A stretch of 64,000 bases of DNA from the NCBI GenBank assembly GCA_965287045.1, contig OZ336885.1, forward strand, positions 41,292,001-41,356,000, given 5' to 3'. Source of the stretch: Carcharhinus amblyrhynchos (lineage: Eukaryota). Below are positions 22,272 through 35,053 of the stretch, piece after piece; position 1 is the stretch's first letter; every line of letters starts with the position of its first letter. Both the position numbers and the translations under genes were made by a program. The notes under the pieces are model-generated. The model searched no databases and was not told the origin of the DNA. It worked only from the letters and a program-made list of their open reading frames with translations.

Positions 22272-24289
22272 CTTTCCATGACACTTCACAGAGCTGCTGC
22301 CTCTCTCCTTCCCTTCAACAGCCACGCCTTGTTGCCTTTTATTACCATCAGCCATCTCAACCACTAATGCTGATGCTTTCTGGCAGTTGAACAAAGCTCT
22401 CCACAGTGGAAGAAGTAGCTCCTACTCATTCCAAATCCACCAGGAACACGAGTTCATTTGCTGAATGCCACGGTTAAGCGATTGTAAATCTAAAGTTAAT
22501 TGTTTCTTGTTTATGATTACTTAATTGGAAAGATCCACTTAATTCTGGTTTGGTTTCCTTTCAATGAGCAGGCATGATTTGCAAATGTATTAAAAAAAAG
22601 TTCTGGATGCTTGCTGTCAGGAATCTCAATCTGCCATCAATCCACCTCCAACTTAATTCTATAGTTTCATCGCACTATTGAGAAGTTGACTTTTTGCCTC
22701 CCCTTGCCCCGCCTGCCTTGTTTCCCGCTCCCAGAAGCTTCACAAAATCCTCTCCTCTGTTTCCTTTTCGGCAGCCAATCCTCTCTCCAGGATAATAAAA
22801 CACCCTCAAAACCATTAAAATGCATAGCTGTTATATACAGGGACATAGATTACAAAAGCAAGGAAGTTATGATGAATATTTGTTAAACATTGGAATGGCT
22901 TCAACTGGAGAATTACATTCAATTCTGAGCATTGATCATTACGAAGGATGTGAAGGCATTAGAATGGATACAACACTTGTGTTACTTGTTACATCTAAAA
23001 TCTCCACATAAAATGCTCTGATATATTTTCCCATTGAGCGAGGAGCAAGGAACTTGCAAATTTTCTCTTGGTGCAAAAAAGATAAATGTGTCCATTCTCC
23101 AGAACTGACATCCTTTTATTGATGAAGGCAAAAAAACACTCACCAAATCAAATAACTGGTTTAATTTCCACCTCATGGATTCTCACAATCAAAGTCATCA
23201 GTTATCTATCTCAAAATCCATCTTCTTTTTAATATACTTCCATGGCACACTGCTCTAACTCTGTAGTTTATGTAAAGAATTTTGCAATACATGAACTGCA
23301 GTGCTGTAGACTATTGAAATTGAACTGTGATAATGTAAAAGTCAGCAAAACAAAATTCAGAAAAATCAACATGTCAATATTAAGGAATAGAAAGTATAAG
23401 TGGCAACCTACAATGTTATCTTTGGGAGCCACACCAAAACTGTTGTAGTCAGAGTTACATTATAGAAAATGCTTTTTGATGCAGCGTCTGCATTAACAGA
23501 AGAGATATAAATAACCCACATTACCTCCAAGTGGTCAATGACAGTTCTGTAATACTTTGAAAGGTGTTAAGGAAATTTGTCCCAGTCTGAAGCCTCAAAT
23601 CTGGATATTCTTCAGTATTTACAATCCCTTTAAAATTAAGCCACAATAAGAAGGCTTGCAAATCTAGAGGCTTATTCAGTTGTCAAAAGCTGTCACAAGC
23701 CAATTTAGCAAGCTGATCAGTACTCAGTCGACTGATGCAGCACAATTAACTTAAGAATTCATAAATTCCAAGATTTGCCACAAAGCTGGATATGAATCAC
23801 CACAATCTATCCTGAAGAAGGTGAAGCCAGGAACTAAAATTTGTCCAATGTTTTATTGATTTGTTTATTAAGGCCAAAACATTTATAAGAATGAAGACCT
23901 GGCATTTTTGATTGTGCTAAGTGTTGACAATCAATGGGAGTTTCTAGACATTGAGGAGAGTGTGGAAGTGGGAAGAGGGGAGTTACTATTCACACAAATG
24001 CTGTCCAGATAATAAGATAAATGTTGTTTATGCACTGAACTAGCAGAGGATCTCTATCGCTTAAAAACTGAATAACAATCAATAATAATTGTTCAATTCA
24101 AATGATCCATGGGAGAAGCACTGAGATTAGACAGAATGGACTCTAGTCAGGAGACTTTAGGAGCAGCTCGTAACACTATCACTGATAAAACTGACTAAGT
24201 CCCGAAGGACATTTCTGCCAGACTGGGCTTGTGACAGGTGGTGAGAGAACCCACAACGTGGAATAGCTTACTTGAGTTCAGCTTAACAA

Positions 24290-26420
24290 TTCTACCTGTT
24301 GCAGATGCATCTGCTATGACAGCATAGCAGTAGTTGCTACCACAGAGTCCTTGTCGAGTCCAAATCCCTTCTTCAAAGTGAAGACATGCTCTATTTTATT
24401 GTGTAGCATGACCATCATGCCAAGTGGTATAAATACAGAACAGATGTAGCAGCTTAGAACTGGGCTTCCTTAAGGCACTGTGGGCCATCAGTCTCATGGC
24501 TTGACATATCCCTCATGTTATCATTATGTTATAACAGAGAATCATCCCTGGTTAATGAAGGATGCAGGAGGGCATGTCAAGTGCAGCACTAGGCAAACCT
24601 AAAAATAGTGTGCCAACCTGTTGAAGCTGCAACGCAGCACCATGTACATGCAGAACAGTGAAAGTAAAAATACTATAGACAAAGGCAACTCCACACACAA
24701 CAAATCAGATCAAAACTTTGCAGTCCTGCAATATCTAGGTGTGAGAGGTGGTGAACAATTAAACAACTTAAAGGAAGAGGAGGCTCCATAAACATCTCCA
24801 TCTTCAATAATGGAGGAGCCCAGCGCATCAGTACAAAGCGTACGGCTAAAGCATTTCAGCCAGAAGTATGGAGTGAATGATTTATCCCAGCCTTCATTTG
24901 AGGCCCCCACCATCACAGATATCAGTCTTCAGCCATAGGCTATAGGCCTTGACAACATCCTGGCAGTGCTACTGAAGGTGTTTCCTCCAGAAGTAGCCAT
25001 TCTCCTAGCCAAACTGTTCTAGTAGCACTACAACATTGGCATCTATCTAATAATGAAAAAAACACCTGGGAATGTCCACACAAAAAAAAAACAAGCCAAG
25101 TCTAATCCAGCCAATTGATGGCCCATCAACTTATTGTCAAATATCAGTAAATTAATGGAAGGTGTTAATGCCAATGCTATGAATCAGCACTTGCTCAGCA
25201 AACAACACATTCGCTGGTACTCAGTTTGGGTTCATCTCCAGACCTCATTGCAGCCATAATCCAGACATGGATGGAAGATTTGAATAGTAGAGGTGAGGTG
25301 AGGGTGACTGCCCTTAATATCAAGACAGCATTTCATTCAATGTGGCAAAAAGAAGCCTCAGCAGAACTGAAAACTCCTGAATGTTTGGAGCCATATCTCG
25401 ACAAATAAGGTGGTTTATTTTATTTCAGATTTTCAGAATCTGTAGTATTTTACTTCCATACAAGATGGTGTGTTTGTTGGAGGGCAACCATTTCAGCGAG
25501 CTCCTCAGGGTAGTGCCCTCGATCCAACCATCTTCAGCTGCTTCAGCAATGGTGTTCACTCCCAACATAAGGCCAGGAGTGGAGATGCTCACTGATGGTG
25601 GCACACAAGATTCAGCAACACTCACAGTTTCTCAGACATTGCCTACATCCTGAAAACCTGGACAACATTCAAACCTAGGCTGACAAGTAGCACAACATTC
25701 ATGTCACACAAGTGGCAGGCAATGATTATCTCCAGCAAGGAGGATTCGAAGCATCATCCCTTAACAATCAACAGGACTATCATCACTGAATCCTCAAACA
25801 TTATGCAGGGATAGGAGTGTTGGGGGGGATGAGATCCACTGCCTAGAAATTGAACTGGCCCAGCCATATAAATACAGTGGCTACAAGAGCAAATCAGGAG
25901 CTCAGAGTAACTCACCTCCTGATTCTCCAAGTCCTGGTCCATCAGCTACAAGACGTAATTCAGGAGTGTGATGGAATACTCTCCATTCGCCTGGATGAGT
26001 ACAGCTCCAACAAAACTCAAGAAGTTTGACATTATCCGGCTTATTTATCACTGCACAGACCTCCACAGCAATACCTCATGACAGCATTGTGTGCCACGTA
26101 TAGAATAAACTACAGCAATCCCCCAAGGCTCATGACTTCTACCAGCTAAAAGAACAAGGAGGGCAGAAAAACAGGAACGCCACCATGTCATCTAGGTTCC
26201 CCTGTAAGTCAAATAGCACCCTGGTTTACATCAGTGGTCCGTCACTGTCACTGGGTAGAATCCTGGAACTCCCCCTACAAATAGCACATTTGTTGTATCT
26301 CCCAGATGACAGCAGTTCAAGATGTTGGCTCATCACCACATTTTCAAAGACAATTGGAGATGAGCGATACATGTCAGCCTTGTCAGTGATGCTCATTTCC
26401 TAGGAACAAATGAAAATAAA
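24290..26420 (+). mobile_element. Long degenerate CR1-group LINE (family B), ~2.1 kb
   Basis: Broken RT motifs (KAIGLDNI-like, PDLIAAIIQTW...TALNIKTAF, QG-SV-like, MLTD for FADD) followed by the family-B 3' end. Confidence 0.8.
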
Positions 26421-26624
26421 AGCATAGTTAACTGGAATATTCCCTGCAAAATTCCTGCATGCAAATGTGTTTTGGTCTTACCTTTAATTATTACTTTTGA
26501 TTTGGAACGCCATTAGCATTTTTTCTCATTAAAATCATTGCTACAAATCAACTCCTAACATTTTTTTTCAGTATCCTAATGTGCTTACATGAAAGGGAAA
26601 TATGTTATTTTTGTCAAATATTCA

Positions 26625-26946
26625 CGGCACGGTGACACAGTGGTAAGCACTGCTGCCTCAAAGCACTGGGGATCCAGGTTCAATTCTGGCCTTGGATCAC
26701 TGTTAGTATGGAGTTCGCACATTTTCCTCATGTCTGCATGGTTTTCCTCTGGGTGCTCCAGTTTCTTCCCACAGTCCAAAGATGTGCGGGTTAGATTGAT
26801 TGGCCATGCTAATTTGGCCCTCGTGTTAGGGAGATTAGCAGGGTAAATGAAGGTTACAGCGACAGGGCCAGGGTGGGATTGCGGTCGGTACAGACCCGAT
26901 GGGCCAAATGGCTTCCTTCTGTATTGTAGGGATTCTATGATTCTAT
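26625..26946 (+). mobile_element. HE1-like SINE, full length
   Basis: A/B boxes, core, and tail GGGCCAAATGGCTTCCTTCTG...TTCTATGATTCTAT. Confidence 0.9.
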
Positions 26947-28059
26947 ATTTAACATCAAGTTTCCGGTTAGCACAATTGATCCAATTACTGCAAAACCGCT
27001 AGGTGAGGGCTAGTAAATCAGATGGATTCATTTTCTTGGATCCTCATTCAAGTCATGTAATGTGGTACTTACCACCTAATCTTTTAGGCCTGCCAGAAAT
27101 ATTCTTGCACGTACTGTGCAAAATCTTTATTCAAATGCAGCTTTCCATTTAAATGAAATGCAAATTAGTGCTTGCAGCTTTCTCAAACTTCTCACCAGGA
27201 AGGTACCGTTCGAGCTCCTCAAAAATAGTCCATGAACAGCAGTTATATTCTGTTGTTTCAAGATGGGTGTTGATTGTCACAGTCTATGCAAGTTTGGACT
27301 GCAGGGAATGGGTATTTTTCTGTTGGGTGTATATTGTTGAAAATAGAAAACGATGGAAGAAGGGTTTTGGATAGGTTCATTTTCACCTGAGCTGGACTCT
27401 CCACACCCATTCTTACCCAAGATTAGAGTACCAGGCTGAGTTGCGAATGCTGTGGACAGATGGTACTGCAGGTTTCACTGCATCAAGGAGGCATTAATGG
27501 ATTCCTGCTGTCTCCTGATTTCTGCTCCATAGACAATTTCCACCAAAACAATCATATTGCCAACGGCATTAGAATTTACCACAACTGTAAATGCTTATTG
27601 GTTTGTTTCTTTCTAAGCTATCTCAAGAGATAGAATCAGCATTATCCAATCGGTAGTGGACTAGGAGGTGATATGTCCATTTCTTTCATAATTGTCCTTA
27701 CATAAAACTGGGAACAATAGGAGGGTGCTCTTCTGCATTGCACATCATTACTGCTGCTATTCTGTGGGCTTTTTCCCACATATCCTGCAACTAACTATCT
27801 TAAAAAAAGCAGGGATAAAGATTTTTTTTTAAGTTTCATGATCGTCATGGTGAGGGATGATAGAGCTGGCAAATGTGAGGTTTCTCATTTCAAACACTTA
27901 AATGCAACATCTTACATATGTTATGCTTCAGGTCACAAACTCCAAATTGTTTTATGGAGCCTGCCTGAATCATAAATTTTGCACCTTGAATTTGGCTTGG
28001 ATAAGCATGATATATTTCACTTCAAGTATGATTCAAATGACCCACTAGGGAGCTTTTAT

Positions 28060-28770
28060 CAAACAAAGTTTGGTTAAAAATATAGATAACATGTATAGAA
28101 AGAAAATTAGCAAGAACTTTTTTTTTCAATTACAAACAAAAACAAAGCAACCACGATAATGTATAACCCTCAGCAAATATATACTTAAGATGTTCCAATC
28201 AAAACCAATCCCATAAACAACCCTTTAAACATGTTCAACATAGCAAAGGATAATGCTCATGTGATAACTGGAATTGAATCCTTTGGATGAATTCTGCAGT
28301 TCTCTTGATAGACTAGGAACAGTTTGAAGTCAGAACAGCTTCCTAGAATCCCAGAGAGACTCTGATCAAGCCACCAATAGCGGATGCTCCCCTTCCAAAA
28401 GGTAAAGCTTTGTTTTCAGATAACCAGCAGAATTTCCAAATAAAATGGGGAGAGAGAGAGAAACACTTCTTTTCAGCTTGCTGTCCCTTCTCAAAACCAA
28501 AACTCAAACTGCAACCAAATAGAAAAAAAAGCCCTTAAACCTCCTAGGAAGGAAAGAAACCCGTCCTGAAGACATGACCTTTTTCTCCTAACAATGCAGG
28601 GCCATAAAACTAATCCCAAAGTAAACATAAACAACCCCATTTAAACTAGTTAAATGGCAATAAAAGGAAACCTGGTAGACAGATCAGCAGCAATGAGAAA
28701 CACTGAAGCTGGGACCTGCAGAGATCATGATTTAAAACAAAGCTTTCTTAGCGGTACACTATACCCAGGC
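28060..28770 (-). mobile_element. Probable LTR relic
   Basis: LTR-like composition with an internal imperfect duplication (CCCATAAAC..AACCC.TTTAAAC); no ORF. Confidence 0.35.
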
Positions 28771-29117
28771 CAGATAAAGCCAAATGCAAAATTAAGTTCC
28801 ATTTAATCTGTCAAATGGAAAGGTCCATTTCAAACTGAGACTATCACCCTCCAGAGGACCATTGTTGTTTTTTGTACCTCCTACAACATTTACCTATGAT
28901 ACTTGTGAGGGCTAACTCAGGGACAGTTTTGTGGTTTAGGACAATTGCAACAAGTGAAATCTGGCTACATTGAGGATTACTAGACGACAGCAGAAAGAAA
29001 GATGCCATGCAAAAGGTAAGAAGGAAACAGATGGTAGACCATATGTTTAATAGAATTCCAGTACGAGATATCTAGTCAAAAGTAGATATAGCAGTTTACT
29101 GCTGCTCTGTTTATACA

Positions 29118-29615
29118 TGATGTGGAGATACTGGCGTTGGACTGTGATAAACACAGTAAGAAGTCTCACAACTCCTGATTAAAGTCCAACAGATTTATTT
29201 GACAGCAAACACCACAAGGTTTCGGGGCTCTGCCCCTTCATTAGGTGAGTGGGGAGTTCTGATCACAAACAGGGCATATAAAGGCACGCACTCAGTTTAC
29301 AGAATACTGATTAGAATGTGAGTCTTTACAGCTAGTCAAGTCTTAAAGGTGCAGACAATGTGAGTGGAGATAGCATTAAGCGTAGATTAAAGAGATGTGT
29401 ATTGTCTCCAGACAGGACAGTAAGTGAGATATTGCAAGCCCAGGCAAGTCATAGGGGTTACAAGTAGTGTGACATGAACCCAAGATCCCTGTTGGGGCCA
29501 TCCTCATGTGTGTGGAACTTGGCTGTCAGTCTCTGCTCAGCGACTCTGCACTGTCGTATGTAGTGTAGACTGCCTTGGAGAATGCTTACCTGAAGATCAG
29601 ATGCCAAATGCCGTG
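29118..29615 (-). mobile_element. Penelope-like retroelement 3' end with the GIY-YIG endonuclease C-terminus
   Basis: Minus translation HLASDLQVSILQGSLHYIRQCRVAEQRLTAKFHTHEDGPNRDLGFMSHYL*, followed by the terminal repeat seen at 1436, 4501, 22033 and 43562. Confidence 0.85.
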
Positions 29616-30050
29616 AAGGATGCTTGCCAGAGAGCCCATGGCAAGAGCTTGTGTGTGGTGTCTTTTAATCTGTGGATGGTGTTGCATTGCAGCTACCACT
29701 TGGTTCTGGCTGACTAGGAAACTCTCCTGCTTTTATCGCCTGTCACATGTATATCAGAAGGACTTACAGGTTGACAATCAATCTTTTGCCCACAGGACGA
29801 ATGCACATTGTGTGACCATCAACTTAAATGGACTCAAGCCTGCAGATTCTGGTTCAGAGGGAGGGATGTTATGCATCACATCACCAGACCTCCTGAACTA
29901 ACTCATCCATCTCTGGTTCTATAGTAGATTTTTTATCAATGTTCCCATTCCATCCTTTCTCTCTTCTCTACACTTCCTTGTATGTGGCAGCTTAAAATTC
30001 TGACCTCTCCCCTTCCTTGAGCCACTTCACTGATATTGTCTCTATCTCAG

Positions 30051-30179
30051 GGGCCAGTATTTTCCAACCTCATCATGGTGGGACTCACCATGGGGGATGC
30101 AGCAACTCAGTCAAAGCTCCATTGATTTTCAGTGGAACTGGAAGATCCTAGCAGTGGGTGGCGTTGGAAATTCCTGGCC
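30051..30179. mobile_element. Harbinger-type MITE
   Basis: TIRs GGCCAGTATTTTCCAAC / GTTGGAAATTCCTGGCC. Confidence 0.7.
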
Positions 30180-31853
30180 ATTGTCTTTTGTACCAATTTG
30201 TGCATGCTGTGCATAAAACCTTATTGAACGTGATCCATACATATGCTGATGTAAACTCCTCACCCACCTCGTCCAATTATCGTACCATTTAATCCAGAGC
30301 TATTTGTCTCCTTCAATCCTCTGTGTACTTTGCTCTAGTGTTTTATCCTGCTGTCCGTCCCCCTGTCAAATTAAAATAAACTCTTTCCAACAGTACTTAT
30401 AAACTTGGTCCCAGTTCTGTTCAGGTACAACCCATCTACCTTGAATGGGTTCCCAGAACTGTCCCTAGTAAATTCTGGGGCATTGGTTTTGCAAAGAATC
30501 TGTAATATTTTATTACAGCCAAGCAAAGCTTAATGCATCACCAATCAGTGACATTTTATACCTAAATTTGGTGGCATTGATATTTTTACTTAGATAAGAG
30601 ATCGACTGCTTAATCCCAATGCATCTTGAGAAAGTAGAACATAAACAAAAAGGGGTAATTTAGAAAATATGGGTTAGCATGGCTTGATAGGGGTTAGAGA
30701 GAAAAGCATGACTTGAATAAAATGAAGGCATTCAAAGAATGCAATGCTTTGTGGAAAATAAAGCTACAGCCACATAAGTAATTTAGTTATGGGTGTAAAT
30801 GTATTTGGAGAAGACCTGGTTATCAAGGTCACAAATCCATTGTATTGAGGAATATGATTTGATCTGTATAGAATTGAATACATTTGTCTGATTCAATCTG
30901 TATAAAAGACAGCTGATGTGATTAGATCTGGACAAACTTGAATATATTAGCATGATCTGTATAAAGGATAGCTGTAACAGGACAACTTTGAGCATTTCCT
31001 TCTGATCACTCCCAATGGCCGTTGAAAGTGTAAAATAATGTGTGCATTTACCACAGTGTAGGTTGCCCTTTGAAAATTTCTTTAACAATCTTGTCTAATT
31101 TGTCGCACTTTTACTTTTAATCTGTCAAGTGATCAGCCATATTAATAGACAGCTGTTTAGTTCAAATTAAAAAATGACAGAAATTGTTGAAAGTATACTG
31201 CTTAAAATCAATATCAGTGTACTTACAGTCAACTTCAATTTGTTTATCACCCTGGGCATACACAATTATGGGAATTTAAGGATAATTAAGAAGGGCATAC
31301 ACTTTAATCATTCTGAGATATGTAAGTGGCTTGGTAAAGGGTGTATCAGTCTTTCTCTTCCTAGCTGAGATCTTACGGTAGCCAGGAAATCCATGAGATT
31401 TGGGGAAATGGGAAATATCAATTGACTTTGATTTCTAAAACAATATCATTTTGTAAAACAGGTAATAGTTAACCTAATAAAATGTACATTACTCAGGCGG
31501 AACGTGGAGAATATTAGGAAGTGAAACAGAAAATAAAAGAAATGAAAATAATTTAGCCAAAAATTGGAAATAGAAAAGGATGTACCCAGAATGAGAGGGG
31601 AAAATACAAAGAAACTGAAAATCAAATAAAATAGAGAAAACAAAAAAAAGTAGAGAAGCTGGGAAGTCAAAGAAACAAAATAAAAGTGACATGACAAAAC
31701 AAAAAAAAAATTGGGACGAGATACGAAAGCCCATTTTATTTGTGATTTCAGTCAGTCACCAGCCCCTGGGGAGTGAGCTGAATGACATGTGATGGAATGT
31801 GTTGAATGGTACTCTACGGTCTAGACTGATTGAACCCATGTTCTTTTTTCTAG

Positions 31854-31946
31854 TTATTATTGATGTCTGCCAGTGGAAGTGCGAGCACTCTATTATCCAC
31901 TGGAATTTAAAGAAACAATTGAATGTAGGAGGTGGTATGCGCTGAG
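31854..31946 (+). other. Candidate exon (93 nt, or 81 nt with the alternative donor at 31935)
   Basis: Branch-like CTGAT, acceptor ttcttttttctag, donors GTG|gtatgc or GAG|gtaaca. Confidence 0.2.
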
Positions 31947-32584
31947 GTAACAGCAGTAAAATATTGTTTGTATGTGCCAGATCACAACAGCAATTCATTC
32001 CATCCCACAAAAATAAAACAAACAAAATACCATTTTTTTAAATTAGTTGCCAAATTTGATCTTTGTAATTTTCAAAAATCACAGCTGGTTAACTATTTAA
32101 TATGCATATTATTCAAGGAGTTTTGTTCTCAGTCTTGTGCAGTTACATGTGATCTTGACTTTTCCTTCTTAAGAGTTTCCTTTATGATCTTCTTGAATGG
32201 CATCTCTTTCATGTACACATTTCTTTCAGAACGCCAGGCAGGTAGAAAATCAAGTTGACAATAGAATCCTAAATAAACGCTCAATCCAACCTGATGGAAT
32301 GATGTTAAACGCAGCATACAGACTAATACCAAACCATCATTTTACAGCTTCTCAGTTACTTAAAGCTAAGCAACAAGCACTTGCTAATTGTTTAAAGATT
32401 TTGTATTATCCGCTGATGTTTTGATGGGCATTTGAGAACAAAGTATTTTTATGAGGTCATGAATGAAACCAAAGGCTATTTTGCTTTGTGCCATGTCAAA
32501 AAATAAATTAATCATTTAATTGTATATAGAGGTAGCTTATTGCTCCAATATTCATCTTGAACTACAGATTGATACTAGCATGCC

Positions 32585-32862
32585 CAGGATAGAAATATCA
32601 ATCACTAGGGGACATAGATTTATGGTAAAAGGGGGAAAGTTTAAAGGAGATGTGAGAGGCAAGTTTTTTACACAGAGTGGTAAGAGGAGATGGATGTAAA
32701 AGCAAATGCAATAGCAATGTTTGAGAGGCACCTTGACAGATGCAAGAATAGGCAGAGGATAGAGGGATGTATGGAGGCAAAAGACCTTTAGTTTAGTGAA
32801 GTGTCATGTGATGGCATAGACTTGGTGGGTCAAAGGGCCTGTTCCTGTGCTGTACTGTTCTT
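32585..32862 (+). mobile_element. CR1 3' fragment
   Basis: CACTAGGGGACATAG...GGCAAGTTTTTTACACAGAG...GGGCCTGTTCCTGTGCTGTACTGTTCT. Confidence 0.8.
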
Positions 32863-33305
32863 TGTAAGCAAGCGTAACCAGCTATAGGAGTTAAACTCAG
32901 ACTGAAATAAGAATGTCTGAAATGATTCTTTTGATAGAAACCTGGACAGCAGTAATAAATGTAGGACTGAGCCATGTTTGAAAATCCTGGACTTCCTTTC
33001 CTAACGGCATTATGGGTGTACCTACACAACATGGACTGCAGCAATTCAAGAAGACAGTTCACCACAACCTACTCAAGGGCAATTAGGGATGGTAACAACT
33101 GCTGGCCTAGCCAATGACGCCCACATTCTGTGAAATAAGTTTTTTAAAGTGGGAGACAGAGATACGGGCGTATCAGAATGTCAGCACAGTTAAGATGATA
33201 TTTTCTACTGGTGATTCCAGATTCTCAATCATTTGTCTTATACTTATGTCATGTAAGATGTCACTCAGAATACTGATGCACTTAAAGAATGCTACCATCA
33301 ACTCA

Positions 33306-33668
33306 TAGAAACATAGAAACATAGAAGATAGGAGCAGGAGGAGGCCATTTGGCCCTTCGAGCCTGCTCCGCCATTCATTACAATCATGGCTGATCATCCA
33401 ATGCAATAGCCTAATCCTGCTTTCTCCCCATAACCTTTGATCTCATTCAGCCCAAGTGCTATATCCAGCCGCCTCTTGAATACACTCAATGTTTTGGCAT
33501 CAACTACTTCTTGTGGTAATGAATTCCGCAGGCTCACCACTCTTTGGGCGAAGAAAGGTCTCTTCATCTCCGTCCTAAATGGTCTACCTTGAATCCTCAG
33601 ATGGTGGACCCCTGATTTTGAACCCCCTCACCATAGGGAATATCTCCCCTGCATCTACCCTATCTAGT
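33306..33668 (-). mobile_element. CR1 3' fragment
   Basis: (CATAGAAA)n tail, then GGAGCAGGAGGAGGCCATTTGGCCCTTCGAGCCTGCTCCGCCATTCA. Confidence 0.9.
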
Positions 33669-33669
33669 C

Positions 33670-33915
33670 CATGACCTCAGGACATCCTAAAGCATCTTAT
33701 AGCCAATTAAGTAGTGGTGAAATCGAGGCATTGTTGTCATGTAGGAATCACGGCAGTCAGCTTCCACACATCAAACTCATACAAACAATATGTGATAATG
33801 ACCAAGTTCTGAATCAATGATGGTAGTTGAAGGATAAATATTGTGCAGGATTCTGGGGAAGAATCCTCAGTTCTTGTCTGAAAAAGTATGCCATATATCT
33901 TTAATGCTCTCCTAG
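33670..33915 (-). mobile_element. Ancient DeuSINE (SacSINE1/AmnSINE1-like) fragment
   Basis: ACATCCTAAAGC..TATAGCCAAT..GTAGGAA..ACAAACAA..TGTGATAATGACCA..GTTGAAGGATAAATATTG matches the recalled SacSINE1 consensus in antisense. Confidence 0.6.
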
Positions 33916-34139
33916 GAGGTGTGCAGTATGAACTTTCAGTCAATACTTTAAAATTCAGACACAAACAAGCTATTAAAATGGCTGCTGAAAATCAGACAAA
34001 CTTTGGCGTTTGAGCTCCAGCCAATATCACATCTCAGGCAGTCAGCCAATTAAATATGGATACTTGCTGCCAGCTGGGGAATTCCCACCTCTCTTAGTTT
34101 AAGGATGGGCCAACACAAAAATCTATAGAGATAATATCA

Positions 34140-34368
34140 TACTAAAGAAGGCATATTGGACTCAAAGGATGGGATTTTCCAGCCGTGCTCACCCCAAGAC
34201 TGGAAATTCCTGCCTGAGGACAGCAGACCTTTGCACGATCCACTCCCACCCACTACGATTCCTTTGGCAGGTGGAATGGGAAAGTTCTGCCCAAAATGTT
34301 AAACCTGTTTCTTGCTCCAGAGTTGGTGCCAGACTTGCTGAATTTTTCCAGCACTTTCTGTTTCTATT
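34140..34368 (+). mobile_element. Penelope-type terminus split by a Harbinger MITE (~34167-34293)
   Basis: MITE TIRs GGATGGGATTTTCC / GGAAAGTTCTGCCC within GGACTCAAA|AATGTTAA, with an apparent 3-bp AAA TSD. Confidence 0.6.
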
Positions 34369-34539
34369 ATGCAGTCACCCCAGGCGGCCTCTCAACGTGT
34401 GACTGGTGACAGATGGATGGCCTCCATCACCATCCCATTGTATCACGATGACTGTCTCAAACACTCAAAAGTATTAACCAACAACACAGGATGTGAAAGC
34501 AACATAAATGCCACCCCTTACTTGGAAACAGACCTGAAC

Positions 34540-34826
34540 TTGTGAAAAGCCACATAGGAGCAGCCATGTTTTTGTTTGCTTCTAAAAGTCAGCCAAGAGC
34601 TTTTTAGAGTTTGTCATCAGCTGGTCAGGAAACCAGACCATGAACTAACTACAAGTCTTGAAGCTGTCAAAGTAATCAACCATAATACATTGAAACAGGA
34701 AATCTCAATAGAGAAAAGAATCCCACTCCTATCCTTTTCTACTTTAAGGTTTGACTGAGAACTAACCTTCTAATTATTCAACTGCAAGAAACCTCACAAC
34801 CTGCTGTCAGCACTTCCTTTTGTGTT

Positions 34827-34870
<44 letters not shown>

Positions 34871-35053
34871 TGTGTGTGTGTGCATGTATGTGTGTGTGTG
34901 GCTGAATGTATCTGACATGCTATTTAATTTAGGGTAGGTATATAAGAATAAGTAAGCTTCTTCATTTTTAAACTCACAAAAACTTGCTGCTGAATTATTT
35001 ATTTAGAATGTATACTCCAAGGGGAAGACAACACACACCTTTTTCCATACAAA
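34540..35053 (+). mobile_element. LTR-like relic
   Basis: Shares layout with 49012-49551 and 57810-58560 (TG-rich tract, AATAA, TTTAAACTCA..AAAAC). Confidence 0.4.
34831..34899. repeat. (TG)n microsatellite
   Basis: About 34 nearly perfect TG units. Confidence 0.95.
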
